This document shows, in pieces, positions 20,301-29,649 of a stretch of 64,000 nt of DNA (positions within the stretch are counted from its first letter, which is position 1; each line of letters opens with the position of its first letter). The translations under genes and the position numbers were made by a program. Where the stretch lies: IMG/VR virus record IMGVR_UViG_3300025778_000013. The stretch is one strand, 5' to 3'. The notes beneath the pieces were generated by a model. The model had not been told where the DNA came from and made no database searches. It was given only the letters and a program-made list of their open reading frames with translations. Source of the stretch: an uncultured virus (IMG/VR IMGVR_UViG_3300025778_000013). Its lineage: Duplodnaviria > Heunggongvirae > Uroviricota > Caudoviricetes.

Positions 20301-23054
20301 AAAGGTCAAAGCGCATACGATGCGGCTATTAAAACCCTTAATGATATTTTAGACGTAGCCCCCGGAGAACCTAAATCCACTGGCGAGCAGATGTTTAACA
20401 TCTTTAGCGATGCACGGGAAGCCATGCCAACTCTTGGCAAGCAAACAATTGAGTCTACATTAAATACGTTCTCCAATCTAAAAGGCATGGACTACAAGAC
20501 GGCTGGTTTAAGTGTTATGCGGCTTGACCATATTAATAAAATTTGGGGGAACAAGCTACCAGCCATTCAAAAGCTTTTGGATAACTTAGAAAAACGTAAA
20601 GGCTATATTGAAGCGCAAATTAAAAATATTACAAAAAACTACAATAATTTTCTAAATTTATCTAAAACAGAAAAAGCCGCCTTTAACCGTATGCAAGATA
20701 TGGCATACGACGCTCGTTTGGAAAAAGCAGGAAGGATAGACGAAGGATTTAAACCAACTCCTATTCCGCCTAAAGCCTCATTTAAGAAAATTGCTGAGAT
20801 CCGTAAAGCAGACCTAGAAAGAAAGGCTGCATATGATAAACACCGTGCCGTATTTGATAAGCTGCCTAAATCTTTACAGCAAGCGTATACGACTATTCTG
20901 AATGACTACAAGAAATCTTTTGAGCAATATAAAGACTTGTTACTTAATAGCACAGACAGCCTTTCACTAAAACAAAAGATTAAAGCTAAGTTTGAAGCCG
21001 TTGAACATATTGATGGGTATATCCCTTTCTTGCGTCGTGGCGACTTTTGGGTACGATATATCGACCCTGCAACAGGGGAAGAAGCTGCTTCTGCTTTCCA
21101 ATCACAACGTCAACGAGATAAGTTTATTGATGAAGTATTAAATGGTGCAGAACATACCAAGTACCAAAAGATACAAGACGCTAAGTTTAGCTCAAATACA
21201 GTTCCATCTACTAGCTTTATTGCACAAGTTATAGCTGGGTTAAATACAAAAGATGCCAACGGTAAAGTAATTCATGCGTCTAATGAACAGATAGATAACG
21301 TATATCAAGCTTACCTAGCCTTATTTCCTGCAGAATCTTTATCCAAGAAGTTCATGCATTCTAACGATGTTCGTGGTATGGAGCGAGATATTGCTAGGGG
21401 CTATAATGATACCATGTTGAAATGGTCTAGAAAGCTAGGTGATTCTATCTATGCGCCAAAAATAGACAAGGCAGTAGAAGAAATTAGAGCAAAAGCAGAA
21501 AGCTCTGGAGACGACAATTTAATAGCGGTCGGCAGAAACATAGTTAGCCAAAAAGACTTTTTCCATAACCCAACCTTTAATAATTTCATTCATGGCGTTA
21601 CAGCCCTTAGTTACTTTGAATATATTACAGGTAACTTGTCTTCAGCTTTAGTTAACTTGACTTCATTACCGTTGCTGGTATTACCTATGTTGGGTGGTCG
21701 CTTTGGTTTTACTAAAACTAGTAACGCTATGCTAGCTGCCCATAAAATAGCTTCTCAATGGGTTATGAAGAACGATAACCTAAATCCTAGATATAAAGCC
21801 CTGTATCAGATGCTGCAAGACCATGCGCAGTTAGAACATACTATGGCAAGGGAATTACTAGAGGGTCGTCGCCAAAGCACAGAAGACTATACTGGTCTAA
21901 AGGCTAGGGTTTTAGATGGCTTGTCTATTCCATTCTCCGCAACTGAAAAATACAACCGTGCGGTTACCGCTATTGCTGCGTATGATTTGGCTAAAGCTAA
22001 CGGTTTCTCAGAAGAAAAAGCTTTACGTCTAGCTTTAGATACCGTCAAGGATGCGCATACTTCAGGTATGGCAGAGACTGCGCCTAAGTGGATGCAAAAC
22101 CCATTGGGTCGTGTGTTTTTTACGTTTAAAACTTTTGCATGGAACAGTGCTTTTATTGTAGCTAGAGCGTTTGAGCAGTCTTTTCGTGGTGAAACCAAAG
22201 AGATTAGAGATGCAGCACGTCGTCAGTTATTAGGTACATTCTTTATGGCTGGCGTATTTGGTGGTGTTAAGGGTTTACCCTTTATGGGTCTTGCCCAGAC
22301 CATAGGTCAGATGCTCCATGCACTGTTTGGTGATGACGATGAGCCATTTGATTTTAATGAAGAACTACGTGCTTTCTTTGGCGAGTTAATCTACAAAGGT
22401 CCAGTTAACTACGTTACTAACTTAGAAATTTCAAACCGTGTAGGTTTGGCACAGGACTTGGTTTGGAGAGATGATCCCCGTGCAAGCAGTGGTTTAGTTC
22501 TAGGTGCTATGCAACGCGCATTTGGTCCAGCAGGTAGCTATCTAGTTAACGTAGAACACGCATACGATATGTTTAATCAAGGGCATACAGAACGTGCTAT
22601 CGAAGCGGTTATGCCTAGCTTCTTCCGTAACTTTGCCAAAGGTGGTCGGTATATGGTTGAAGGTGCAACGACTGTAAAAGGGTTGCCTATTATTGATGAC
22701 GTTAGCACATATAACTCATTGATGCAGATTATAGGGTTTTCCCCAGCAGATCTTTCCTCCACCTACGAAAAGGGTTCGGCAAAGTATGCATACCAAAAAG
22801 AGGTTTTAGATAAGCGTCAAAGACTGCTTGATAAGTATGAAATGGGTCGTGTAGGCGGTGATGCTGATTTAATGGGTCAAGCAAGGGAAGAGATTACTAA
22901 ATTCAACGTAGCCCATCCAAAAGAAAAAATTACAGGGGAAACCCTAGCTAGGTCTCAAGCCGCACGCAAAGCTGCTATTAAGAATACCATTGATGGTGTA
23001 ACTCTTAACAAGAAACTAATACCTGAAATCCAAGAGAAGTTTGGCACAGATTAA
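17397..23054 (+). CDS. giant (1885 aa) ejection/polyvalent protein with zincin-like domain
   Basis: EGLTEGAQE N-terminal motif; GVYDP...HELMH...EFAAE; membrane-like C-terminal region. Confidence 0.7.
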   Translation: MIIDLPKLGPVNFDDNLSPEEYQSQLEHLSKKYDFEIPKSELTLGEQASRAWTRGTKQLGSTFGDIIPAMAASAVGADEYAAKQMAEAKATQEELNKYYAPQYGKLSDVKGISDVPGFVLENFVENIPNLLVSLVPGVGAEAIAGRAALSGVTENLLAQAAKQGLSEEATQAYVVNGLQQAAKQVAGTKNLAQNAGVFLGSYAQNAPEVFQNIYDKTGQMETGAAMLWGTASAALDSILPEQILKSVTGPVKVGIVEKLLERSGMEPGLVRSIASNVLKDAGYEGLTEGAQEAISISAEKFIGNNPQVFNSDDWNRIIEAGVRGSVAGGPLGVATGAAEHFKTTPAYTEALDKAKETGKRQEVEAPIGTQGTGIFYVYADGRVATSEEAVDVENKAQKDRAKAENNQARQAAKRLKTFLKAKQASLDLQPAPPAGGVETTEQPDLFGAPPTPEPTKVTKFVPPTAQTLGTVIGTDKPSLTSFGKALGIGHSAAILRADGPLAGKDLSNPADAAEVKRILEAYAEGKPAAGAVAKIEEFLKRPEFAAQPEETQNGIRSGLIPGASEPSVPSTGEAVPNQEPAGGVSEPVEQGVGVSGQPVESVNGGEGAVEPALGVKEAKDLAKAEAAIEPAVAEQKAHAAENDARTLEYMKRDLPEDLDVEDLDKTDAFKYLRLPSLLQEYFRLRDVIANSDKSERTERAQIKKNEAERAAIKKAIVNSDPNVAKLLSNLEESPQYLPGFLEKLNKDGRDLLAGEIKTRVEKAAQEKEKAAAEAKEAVVDETIDKILENRVARKVSAKIAEAVDKGDTKEIINEIINEAENPEIKAIFEKVKKMGLKTKVTKGKVTRKKGTLGAESDIGVYDPATDTITLDPDLGLTTHNVAHELMHAAISHVLRNPNHPLTKQLTAIYEATYNQLGSAYGARDIQEFAAELAGNPQFRSALQRIKAPKSGNMLQRIISHIAEFFGFRKGQSAYDAAIKTLNDILDVAPGEPKSTGEQMFNIFSDAREAMPTLGKQTIESTLNTFSNLKGMDYKTAGLSVMRLDHINKIWGNKLPAIQKLLDNLEKRKGYIEAQIKNITKNYNNFLNLSKTEKAAFNRMQDMAYDARLEKAGRIDEGFKPTPIPPKASFKKIAEIRKADLERKAAYDKHRAVFDKLPKSLQQAYTTILNDYKKSFEQYKDLLLNSTDSLSLKQKIKAKFEAVEHIDGYIPFLRRGDFWVRYIDPATGEEAASAFQSQRQRDKFIDEVLNGAEHTKYQKIQDAKFSSNTVPSTSFIAQVIAGLNTKDANGKVIHASNEQIDNVYQAYLALFPAESLSKKFMHSNDVRGMERDIARGYNDTMLKWSRKLGDSIYAPKIDKAVEEIRAKAESSGDDNLIAVGRNIVSQKDFFHNPTFNNFIHGVTALSYFEYITGNLSSALVNLTSLPLLVLPMLGGRFGFTKTSNAMLAAHKIASQWVMKNDNLNPRYKALYQMLQDHAQLEHTMARELLEGRRQSTEDYTGLKARVLDGLSIPFSATEKYNRAVTAIAAYDLAKANGFSEEKALRLALDTVKDAHTSGMAETAPKWMQNPLGRVFFTFKTFAWNSAFIVARAFEQSFRGETKEIRDAARRQLLGTFFMAGVFGGVKGLPFMGLAQTIGQMLHALFGDDDEPFDFNEELRAFFGELIYKGPVNYVTNLEISNRVGLAQDLVWRDDPRASSGLVLGAMQRAFGPAGSYLVNVEHAYDMFNQGHTERAIEAVMPSFFRNFAKGGRYMVEGATTVKGLPIIDDVSTYNSLMQIIGFSPADLSSTYEKGSAKYAYQKEVLDKRQRLLDKYEMGRVGGDADLMGQAREEITKFNVAHPKEKITGETLARSQAARKAAIKNTIDGVTLNKKLIPEIQEKFGTD
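19054..19236 (+). CDS. overprinted 60-aa acidic protein nested in the giant protein gene
   Basis: GAGGAG RBS 7 nt upstream of ATG; helical protein-like sequence; host frame is low-complexity here. Confidence 0.6.
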   Translation: MEYDLDLSPEQVSLAFQVLEKPYQIKNLPEELANLSSKEWEFLDNLLNLLMAEKELSSLH

Positions 23055-23080
23055 AAAAATCCCCTGACTAGCAGGGGATT
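23053..23080. terminator. intrinsic terminator at the convergence of late and replication transcripts
   Basis: AATCCCCTG-ACTAG-CAGGGGATT hairpin; A7 at 23053-23059 gives the U-tract for the - strand. Confidence 0.8.
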
Positions 23081-23107
23081 GAACTTCTCAAGGAGGAGAA
23101 GAGTGCG
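23053..23107 (-). ncRNA. candidate ~55-nt sRNA with anti-SD loop
   Basis: TGA-TACAAT extended -10 at 23113-23121; CUUCUC-[CUCCUU]-GAGAAG hairpin, then terminator. Confidence 0.45.
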
Positions 23108-23318
23108 ACTCAATTGTATCACTAACTCTCCAAACCCGTAAACCATATCTACCTTTCTCTACAACTTGTTTACAGATGACGCTAAACCCCAGGCGCCTGG
23201 CTTCCGTTGTAACAAACCTTTGGGCTAGCCGTCTATCTATACAAGGCACAAAAAACGAAGTTCCCGGCTTAAACTTCTCCCATCGAATCAGAAGTGGCTG
23301 GTTCAAGATTGTTAGCAT
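23088..23318 (-). CDS. conserved hypothetical protein downstream of primase
   Basis: WEKFKPGTSFFVPC...YGLRVWR. Confidence 0.65.
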   Translation of the reverse strand: MLTILNQPLLIRWEKFKPGTSFFVPCIDRRLAQRFVTTEARRLGFSVICKQVVEKGRYGLRVWRVSDTIESHSSPP

Positions 23319-26133
23319 TTAACAACACGTCCTCATTAAAAGATTCCAGCTTAGTAGTATCGAAACATAATACTGTTACAGCAGCTTGGGTATTTGCTAC
23401 AGTACCAGCAGTCATACGTTTCTTTTTAACTCCCAACAAAGCCTTAGATTTGCGGTATGGGATTAAAGACTCTTCAAAGTTAGCAAAGTTCTTAGCGCAG
23501 TCTTCACGGTAGCTTTTAATCACAATGTATAGGGTCTTAGTATCAGGCTCGTATCTAGAAGTCAACGCACCCTTAGGCTCACGAAGTGGACCATGTTCAA
23601 GACCAGTACGGTTGTCCCTGTTGCCGTTAATAACCAAAGTCTCGTGGAAGTGACGTTGTAAGAAACCACCAATGTAGTCTTCAGTATCAAACATGTATTC
23701 ACGATTACGAGTACGAGTCTCTTTAATCAAGTCTACTGCGTAGTTAAATACTGGCTGAACCGCAATGTCGTGTAGTCCTAGGGTTTTAGCAATTGTGCCA
23801 CCAGTAATTGCAATAGTAGCCATAGCAGACCAGTAGCGTTCGGTGCTCTTAATACCAGCAGTCTTATCTACGTTCTCTTGAACCTGTTGCATCTTAGCCA
23901 TAATCATAGGTAGTTGACTTACCAAAGCTTGAGAGTACGGCTCAATAGCGTGCCCGTAGTTGTTCATTAATCTACCAAAGTGTTGCTTAGACCATGTTGG
24001 GTCATCGTATGGGTCAGGCTTGATATGTGGTTCTAGGATACGCATCAGTTCGCCTTCAGGAAAGCTCTTTATAGAAAGCAATGAATCAGTTACGGACCTG
24101 TTAGATGAAGTTACTACACCTAGCGACCACTTAGTATGGTTGGCACGTTCTGCGTTCTCCTGCGACTTCATACGGTTCTTGCCCTTACCTGATGTAACGT
24201 CGTAGATTTGATTTGACATCTGTTCAGGAGGCATGTTAGTAATTTCGTCAATAGTTGCACAAAGACTTTGCATTACCCCAAGACGTTGCATACGGAAGTT
24301 GTATGTGTCCTTAGGTGACATTAAGAGTTCTTTTGGTCTTCCATAGATCGAGTTGATCGAGTGTAGAACCGTGGTTTTTCCAGACCCAGACTCTCTACTA
24401 AGAAGGTTAAGCAGAAAACCATCAAGGCTAGTAAAACGCATAAGCAAAGACCCAAAGCCCATGAAAAAGGCAAAAGCACGACCTTCCATCCCTTCCCTGC
24501 CGTATGCGTTAATAACGTCTTTCCAAACATGAAAATCTCCCTTAGGTTGAAACAAAGGAATAATAGGTAGGGTTGGGGTAGATGGCGGACTATATAGTAT
24601 CTCGTCTGCACGTATTTCCCTATCGCCAACAATGATTGACCCATCTCCTTCTGTCCAACCAAACTGCTTGTGCGCTTTCTCTGCGCTTGAATGTAGTTGT
24701 AATTCTTCTACCCACTTAGTTACATATGCCATAAGATCATCCTGTTTTTTACCTAGCGCAGTAATACCATGCGAGGCTACCGTATCCCTAAACTTTTCCT
24801 TTGCAAGCACTGCAGTCAAAGGCATGATAAATTCCCGTACACCGTCTTTTGGTAGGTGCAGTCTAAGCAAGATTGTCTCGCCGTAGTCAGGGTCATTCAT
24901 ACGCTTAACTACATAGAAATCGTAGGGATAGATAAGTTCTTCGTATTCTTCGCCGTCTTTGTTTTTAAATCTACCCCATACACCGCCTGCTTTGCCCCTA
25001 AAGAAAGGCCAAGGAAACTTAGGAATGGTGTAACTCTTTAATTCAGAAGTAACTTTATCTACATCCATTACCTCTTGTTCTTCTTCCGCTTCGACTATTT
25101 CTTTGCCAAGTTGGATAGGTGATGTTAGTTTTAGGGTGCAACCTTCACACCCACTAGGATTTAGCTTCTTAAATGTCGCGCAGGTATAAGGACCTTTGGT
25201 CTCATTAGCCTTCCTATCGGTCTCATCTGCAGAATATTCGGGGTGTTTTTTAGACAGGTTATGGATGGCTTTATCCCGATCCACACATTGCTGGGCAATA
25301 CTTAGCCCTCCTCTCCAAAGAGGCTCATCTATTGTTGCCTGATTTTCATAGATATGCAAGAGTTGTTTACAGCCCGTACCCTCGGCAGATTTGATAATGA
25401 TCGTCTGAAATCTAGACTGGCTAGAACCCATTAACGCTAACGTAGCCGCATCCATAGGGCGCTTGAACTCAGCCTTGTCCAACATAGCCATAATGTCGTC
25501 AGATGGGGCTAGAACTTCTTGGTACGTCTTGGCGGTTATTTCAGGCGCTACATACAAGATCTTTACAGGTATAGGGTTAGTAGGGTTTTTGGTATGAAAC
25601 GTCTCAGGAACCCGTAGAATACGGGCGGCATCGGCTGGCACTGCTGGGTCAATAGCAAAGCCCTTCTCAACCGCTAACTCTTTTAAACGCTCCGCAAAAG
25701 GCTTCCAATCCTTACGGTCTAGGTCATGGTCTAGAATCCAATAAACGTGCGCTCCAAGACCCGATTGAACGATTGTAGGCTTAGGTAGCCCAGTCTCTTT
25801 GCAGAACTCGTTAAGGGCTTGTATACCCGATGCAATATCAGGGTAGGGTTTTCCTTCACCACAATCCAAATCAATAAAGAAAGACTTTAACGCTATTGCG
25901 TTCTTAGCAGTCCTGCCCTCAGATGCATCCCCAAATTTAGCTAAACCAAAAAATACGTTATATTGTTCAGCCGCCAACTCGTCAGCACGCTTACTAATAT
26001 CTTCAATACTTTGCACAAACCGTTGATTTACAATCTCTTTTTCATCAACGACTTTAATTCCAAATACACAATAATTTTCCCCTTTTTGTAGGGGTGGTAA
26101 TACTAGAGATAAAAACTCTGTCCTCGAAAGCAT
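23269..26133 (-). CDS. DNA primase-helicase (AEP/RepB-type primase plus DUF927-like helicase)
   Basis: FFIDLDCG, SGLGAHVYW, ARILRVP; Walker A SGSGKTT, Walker B TIDE; start set to ATG 26133 (AAGGA RBS). Confidence 0.85.
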   Translation of the reverse strand: MLSRTEFLSLVLPPLQKGENYCVFGIKVVDEKEIVNQRFVQSIEDISKRADELAAEQYNVFFGLAKFGDASEGRTAKNAIALKSFFIDLDCGEGKPYPDIASGIQALNEFCKETGLPKPTIVQSGLGAHVYWILDHDLDRKDWKPFAERLKELAVEKGFAIDPAVPADAARILRVPETFHTKNPTNPIPVKILYVAPEITAKTYQEVLAPSDDIMAMLDKAEFKRPMDAATLALMGSSQSRFQTIIIKSAEGTGCKQLLHIYENQATIDEPLWRGGLSIAQQCVDRDKAIHNLSKKHPEYSADETDRKANETKGPYTCATFKKLNPSGCEGCTLKLTSPIQLGKEIVEAEEEQEVMDVDKVTSELKSYTIPKFPWPFFRGKAGGVWGRFKNKDGEEYEELIYPYDFYVVKRMNDPDYGETILLRLHLPKDGVREFIMPLTAVLAKEKFRDTVASHGITALGKKQDDLMAYVTKWVEELQLHSSAEKAHKQFGWTEGDGSIIVGDREIRADEILYSPPSTPTLPIIPLFQPKGDFHVWKDVINAYGREGMEGRAFAFFMGFGSLLMRFTSLDGFLLNLLSRESGSGKTTVLHSINSIYGRPKELLMSPKDTYNFRMQRLGVMQSLCATIDEITNMPPEQMSNQIYDVTSGKGKNRMKSQENAERANHTKWSLGVVTSSNRSVTDSLLSIKSFPEGELMRILEPHIKPDPYDDPTWSKQHFGRLMNNYGHAIEPYSQALVSQLPMIMAKMQQVQENVDKTAGIKSTERYWSAMATIAITGGTIAKTLGLHDIAVQPVFNYAVDLIKETRTRNREYMFDTEDYIGGFLQRHFHETLVINGNRDNRTGLEHGPLREPKGALTSRYEPDTKTLYIVIKSYREDCAKNFANFEESLIPYRKSKALLGVKKKRMTAGTVANTQAAVTVLCFDTTKLESFNEDVLLNANNLEPATSDSMGEV

Positions 26134-26230
26134 AGCCGTCCTTATTAGCCGTATGTTTTTATTAGAAGAGATGGGCAGGGGTGTTACGGCACACACCCTT
26201 TTCGGTAGCTAACCTAGCCCTCCCGTTGAC
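26134..26230 (-). ncRNA. structured 5' leader of the primase-helicase gene
   Basis: Three-stem fold whose loop GCCGU is complementary to two ACGGC copies, one between RBS and ATG. Confidence 0.5.
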
Positions 26231-26232
26231 TT

Positions 26233-26463
26233 TTACTTCATTTTGTCCAGTAGTTTTTGCATCTTCTCAGCATGTTTACTAGATACTATTGATTCACCTT
26301 TAAACCAAGAGTAGACAGTCATTCTACTGACTTTAAAGAACTCCGCTACGTCAGATACGGGTATATCCTTATTGAGACAAACCCTACCTAATTGGACACC
26401 CATAAGTTTTTGATTGGCTTGTTTAATATCCGTCGCCAACGCTATTGAGTATCCTTTAGGCAT
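26233..26463 (-). CDS. XRE/Cro-like HTH protein
   Basis: VSDVAEFFKVSRMTVYSWFKG. Confidence 0.75.
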   Translation of the reverse strand: MPKGYSIALATDIKQANQKLMGVQLGRVCLNKDIPVSDVAEFFKVSRMTVYSWFKGESIVSSKHAEKMQKLLDKMK

Positions 26464-27350
26464 TATGCATCATCCCAGTCGCTAAGAATCTTTGAAATGT
26501 CCTTTTTAGGTGCAGGCGCTTCATCTTTCTTAGCTACACGTTTAGTAGGCTCTTCAACTTCTACTGTTACTTCAGCAACCTCAGCTTTGGCTTTTGGAGT
26601 AGCCGCTAACTTTGGAACATTATCGGTCTCAGCTACGGTCATAGTAATTGCTTTAATTGCGGCGGGGGATTTACCCTTTTCAATAGCAAGATTATGCTCA
26701 TCTGAATCCAATACACGAACTGGCTTGAAAGTAATCTTAGGTGTAGCGGCTTCTGTATCAAAACGCATTTCAGTTACAACTGCAGTAATAGGAACATTCT
26801 TACTACCAATCATCTCTGCATAAGTACGCAAAGGCCATTTTCCTGGCTCACCAGCACCGAAGATAGAAGAAGCTGGAAGTGTTAACTGCATTACTTCGCC
26901 ACCAATATCATTTGCCAATACAACTGCAAGGCGCTGACTATAACGGCAAGCACGGCTATCTCCTTGTCCTGAACCTTTAGCATTTTGTGGGCAATCTGTG
27001 CAACGCTTTGCTTGTGGGTTTTCGGACTTAGGACTAGGTACTTCGCCATCTGCAGACCAGCAATCAGGTGCTTTAGCCTTACCTTCAGCGTTTTCAGAAT
27101 ATGTACCAGCGTAGAACGTACGAGATACTTTAGGTGCGGCGGCTACAACTACCACATTCATTGAACGCTCTTCGTTTTTAGCAACTTCTTTGCCGTTAAC
27201 CATCATGCGCCATACACCACCTTTGATGGAAATACGCTTTAAACCACCTGAACCACTACCACCCATCAGGGCTTTAGTAGTATCGTCTAATTGTAGTTCC
27301 TTCAAGTATGAAGGTAGACCGTTTCCTAACATTGATAATTCGTTACTCAT
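26463..27350 (-). CDS. putative single-stranded DNA-binding protein
   Basis: PDCWSADG...CTDCP...RAC Zn motif, acidic C-terminus WDDA; AAGGAG RBS; replication context. Confidence 0.6.
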   Translation of the reverse strand: MSNELSMLGNGLPSYLKELQLDDTTKALMGGSGSGGLKRISIKGGVWRMMVNGKEVAKNEERSMNVVVVAAAPKVSRTFYAGTYSENAEGKAKAPDCWSADGEVPSPKSENPQAKRCTDCPQNAKGSGQGDSRACRYSQRLAVVLANDIGGEVMQLTLPASSIFGAGEPGKWPLRTYAEMIGSKNVPITAVVTEMRFDTEAATPKITFKPVRVLDSDEHNLAIEKGKSPAAIKAITMTVAETDNVPKLAATPKAKAEVAEVTVEVEEPTKRVAKKDEAPAPKKDISKILSDWDDA

Positions 27351-27362
27351 ATGCACTTCTCC

Positions 27363-27743
27363 TTATTTTTTAACAATAACAACAGTTTGAGTTTGCTCCG
27401 CATTTAGCCCCGGCGGATGCAGATCGGGGTTTTCCTCAAGGAATTGTTCCATGTTTGCCGTGTTAATGCGTTGTTGCATCAAAGCAAATGCATCGTTCTC
27501 CTTAATGAAATCGTAAAAAGATTGCCAGTCCGAAGTCCAGTATCTTTTTGTAACTCGTTTAGATATAGTCCCATGCGGTGTACGTATTAGACTAGACCCT
27601 TGTGCCTTGCAAATCTCGAGTAGTTCTGCCGCAATAACGTTTAATTGCTCTTCTAACTCGCCATCTTTTTTTGCTAATTCTCTACGCTTATCCCGAATCT
27701 TTACGTATATCTCGGTAAGCTTATCTGCACTGACATCGCTCAT
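27363..27743 (-). CDS. conserved hypothetical protein
   Basis: YVKIRD...RTPHGT...YWTSDW...PPGL. Confidence 0.65.
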   Translation of the reverse strand: MSDVSADKLTEIYVKIRDKRRELAKKDGELEEQLNVIAAELLEICKAQGSSLIRTPHGTISKRVTKRYWTSDWQSFYDFIKENDAFALMQQRINTANMEQFLEENPDLHPPGLNAEQTQTVVIVKK

Positions 27744-27769
27744 TACACTCTCCTTTTATTTATAACTAC

Positions 27770-27798
27770 AATATAACATCACTACTATACATTGTCAA
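27770..27798 (-). promoter_or_regulatory. sigma70 promoter
   Basis: TTGACA-17 bp-TATATT with TG extension. Confidence 0.75.
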
Positions 27799-29336
27799 GT
27801 AGTTTCTAAAATATTTTTATACAAATCAATCAACCGATTATGTATGTCTACTTTTTCTGACAACATCTTATAGATTCTTTTTTCTACTGGGCTACCCTGC
27901 AAATGCACAACGGTACATGGGTTACGCTGACCAGCACGGTGCACACGGGCATTAGCTTGCAAATATGTTTCAATAGAAGTAATCGGACCCCACCATACAA
28001 CTACGTTAGCGGCATGTAATGTAACTCCGTGCGCCGCCGCCTGTGGCTGAATAACCAACACTTGGGGTTTATCCTCTGTTTGAAACGCGTTAAATATGCT
28101 AGTACGTTTGTTGACTGGAATCCCACCATGTATGGTCTCGGCGCTTATACCCTGCTTCTTAAGTTCTTCTGCAATAATATCAATCGCATGTCTAAACGGT
28201 GCAAAGATAATAACCTTGTGGCTTGCTTCTTCAATAACCTCAAGTAATGCTTTCATACGATCGCCAGCGTCAAATGCAATTACATCTCCACTATCGGAAT
28301 AGACTGCACCACATGAAAGCTGAAGTAGTTTGTTTAAGTTAGCCGCCGCATTGACTGTTGTTATTTCCTCACCTGCCGCAACCACCATCATATCTTTACG
28401 AATCTTCTCGTAGTATTTCAACTGCTGGCTACTTAGCGGTACGTCTCGCATGGTGTAGGTCATATCAGGTAAATCTAGGCACTCTTCTTTGGTAAATCTA
28501 ATTGCTGGCTGTAAGGCTTCGTGCACAATGTTTTCTGATGTAGGCTTTGGAACCCATTTAAACTGAGTAATCTTTTGCATCACTTGGTCACGGAAAGCCC
28601 CGAAGAATCTTGGTACTCCGTTAGGGTTAATAATCTTTGCCAATCCATACGCATCTGTTGGCGACTGAGAAGCTGGTGTTCCTGTAAGCATCCATATCCA
28701 CATAGTAGGTTTAATTATTGAGTTCAATGTTTTCCATCTTCTTGTAGCTACATTCTTGTATGCGTTAGCTTCATCAACCACAATTAAATCAAACTGGTCT
28801 ACTGCTTCTTTAATAATATCTAGCCCTTCAAAATTACAGATAACAAACTCTGCTTGGCTATTAGCCGCTTCTAACCGTTTTTCTTTTGAGTAACTGTGCG
28901 CTATGGCGCATGTACGGTGCATGGCAAATCTAAACAGGTCGTTCTCCCAAGCAGACTGCATAATAGACAGGGGGCATAATACTAACACACGCTTGATAGC
29001 ACCGATCTTCATTAGATAGTCAGCCGCCCATATCACGCTACCTGTCTTGCCTGTACCTTGCTCATTAAAACAAAATGCACGACGATGTAGAGTCAGAAAA
29101 GAAGCCGTAGTAATCTGATGGTCAAACGGTTTATACATACCAGTCCACTCATACTTGCCTTCAATAGGCGATGGCACTCCCCTGATACGTAGGTTCTTCA
29201 ATACTTGGGCTTCTTCCAGCCCCCAGTTCACCAGCACTTCGCCTGTATCTAGTATTTTACTTTTGGGTATTACTGTTGTGATACGGGTAGGTTCTTTGAC
29301 CTTTAATAGCAGAGCCTTATCTTCAATTATCTGCAC
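27795..29336 (-). CDS. SNF2-family helicase
   Basis: EQGTGKT, VVDEA, LTGTP, QANARVHRAGQ. Confidence 0.9.
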   Translation of the reverse strand: MQIIEDKALLLKVKEPTRITTVIPKSKILDTGEVLVNWGLEEAQVLKNLRIRGVPSPIEGKYEWTGMYKPFDHQITTASFLTLHRRAFCFNEQGTGKTGSVIWAADYLMKIGAIKRVLVLCPLSIMQSAWENDLFRFAMHRTCAIAHSYSKEKRLEAANSQAEFVICNFEGLDIIKEAVDQFDLIVVDEANAYKNVATRRWKTLNSIIKPTMWIWMLTGTPASQSPTDAYGLAKIINPNGVPRFFGAFRDQVMQKITQFKWVPKPTSENIVHEALQPAIRFTKEECLDLPDMTYTMRDVPLSSQQLKYYEKIRKDMMVVAAGEEITTVNAAANLNKLLQLSCGAVYSDSGDVIAFDAGDRMKALLEVIEEASHKVIIFAPFRHAIDIIAEELKKQGISAETIHGGIPVNKRTSIFNAFQTEDKPQVLVIQPQAAAHGVTLHAANVVVWWGPITSIETYLQANARVHRAGQRNPCTVVHLQGSPVEKRIYKMLSEKVDIHNRLIDLYKNILETT

Positions 29337-29640
29337 GTTTTTGCACTCTTTCTAAATAGTCTTTTATTAAATATTTAACTGCTTCATGGTTTGTTGCGCC
29401 TCTTGCACTTCGCACAATAATTTCTTTTTCATCTTCGTAATCAAAACCAGCCCAACCAGAATTAACTCTCCGCATAATGCTTAATATATCTTCGTAATCA
29501 TCAAGGGTCATATTTTCTTTTATAGTCGCTACCCATGTTGGATGCCATTTTCTATATGTACGAGACGATGCTGGTACTGGAACTACCTCTAACCATTGTC
29601 CATCTATCTTCAATAAAACTTCAAATTCTTCTCGGGTCAT
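29323..29640 (-). CDS. hypothetical protein
   Basis: GGAG RBS; ORF coupled to helicase. Confidence 0.55.
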   Translation of the reverse strand: MTREEFEVLLKIDGQWLEVVPVPASSRTYRKWHPTWVATIKENMTLDDYEDILSIMRRVNSGWAGFDYEDEKEIIVRSARGATNHEAVKYLIKDYLERVQKRADN

Positions 29641-29649
29641 TTGCACTCT

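Noticed and set aside
26134..26196. N-terminal extension of the primase from GTG 26196
   Set aside because: It has no RBS and runs through the structured leader; ATG 26133 has AAGGA.
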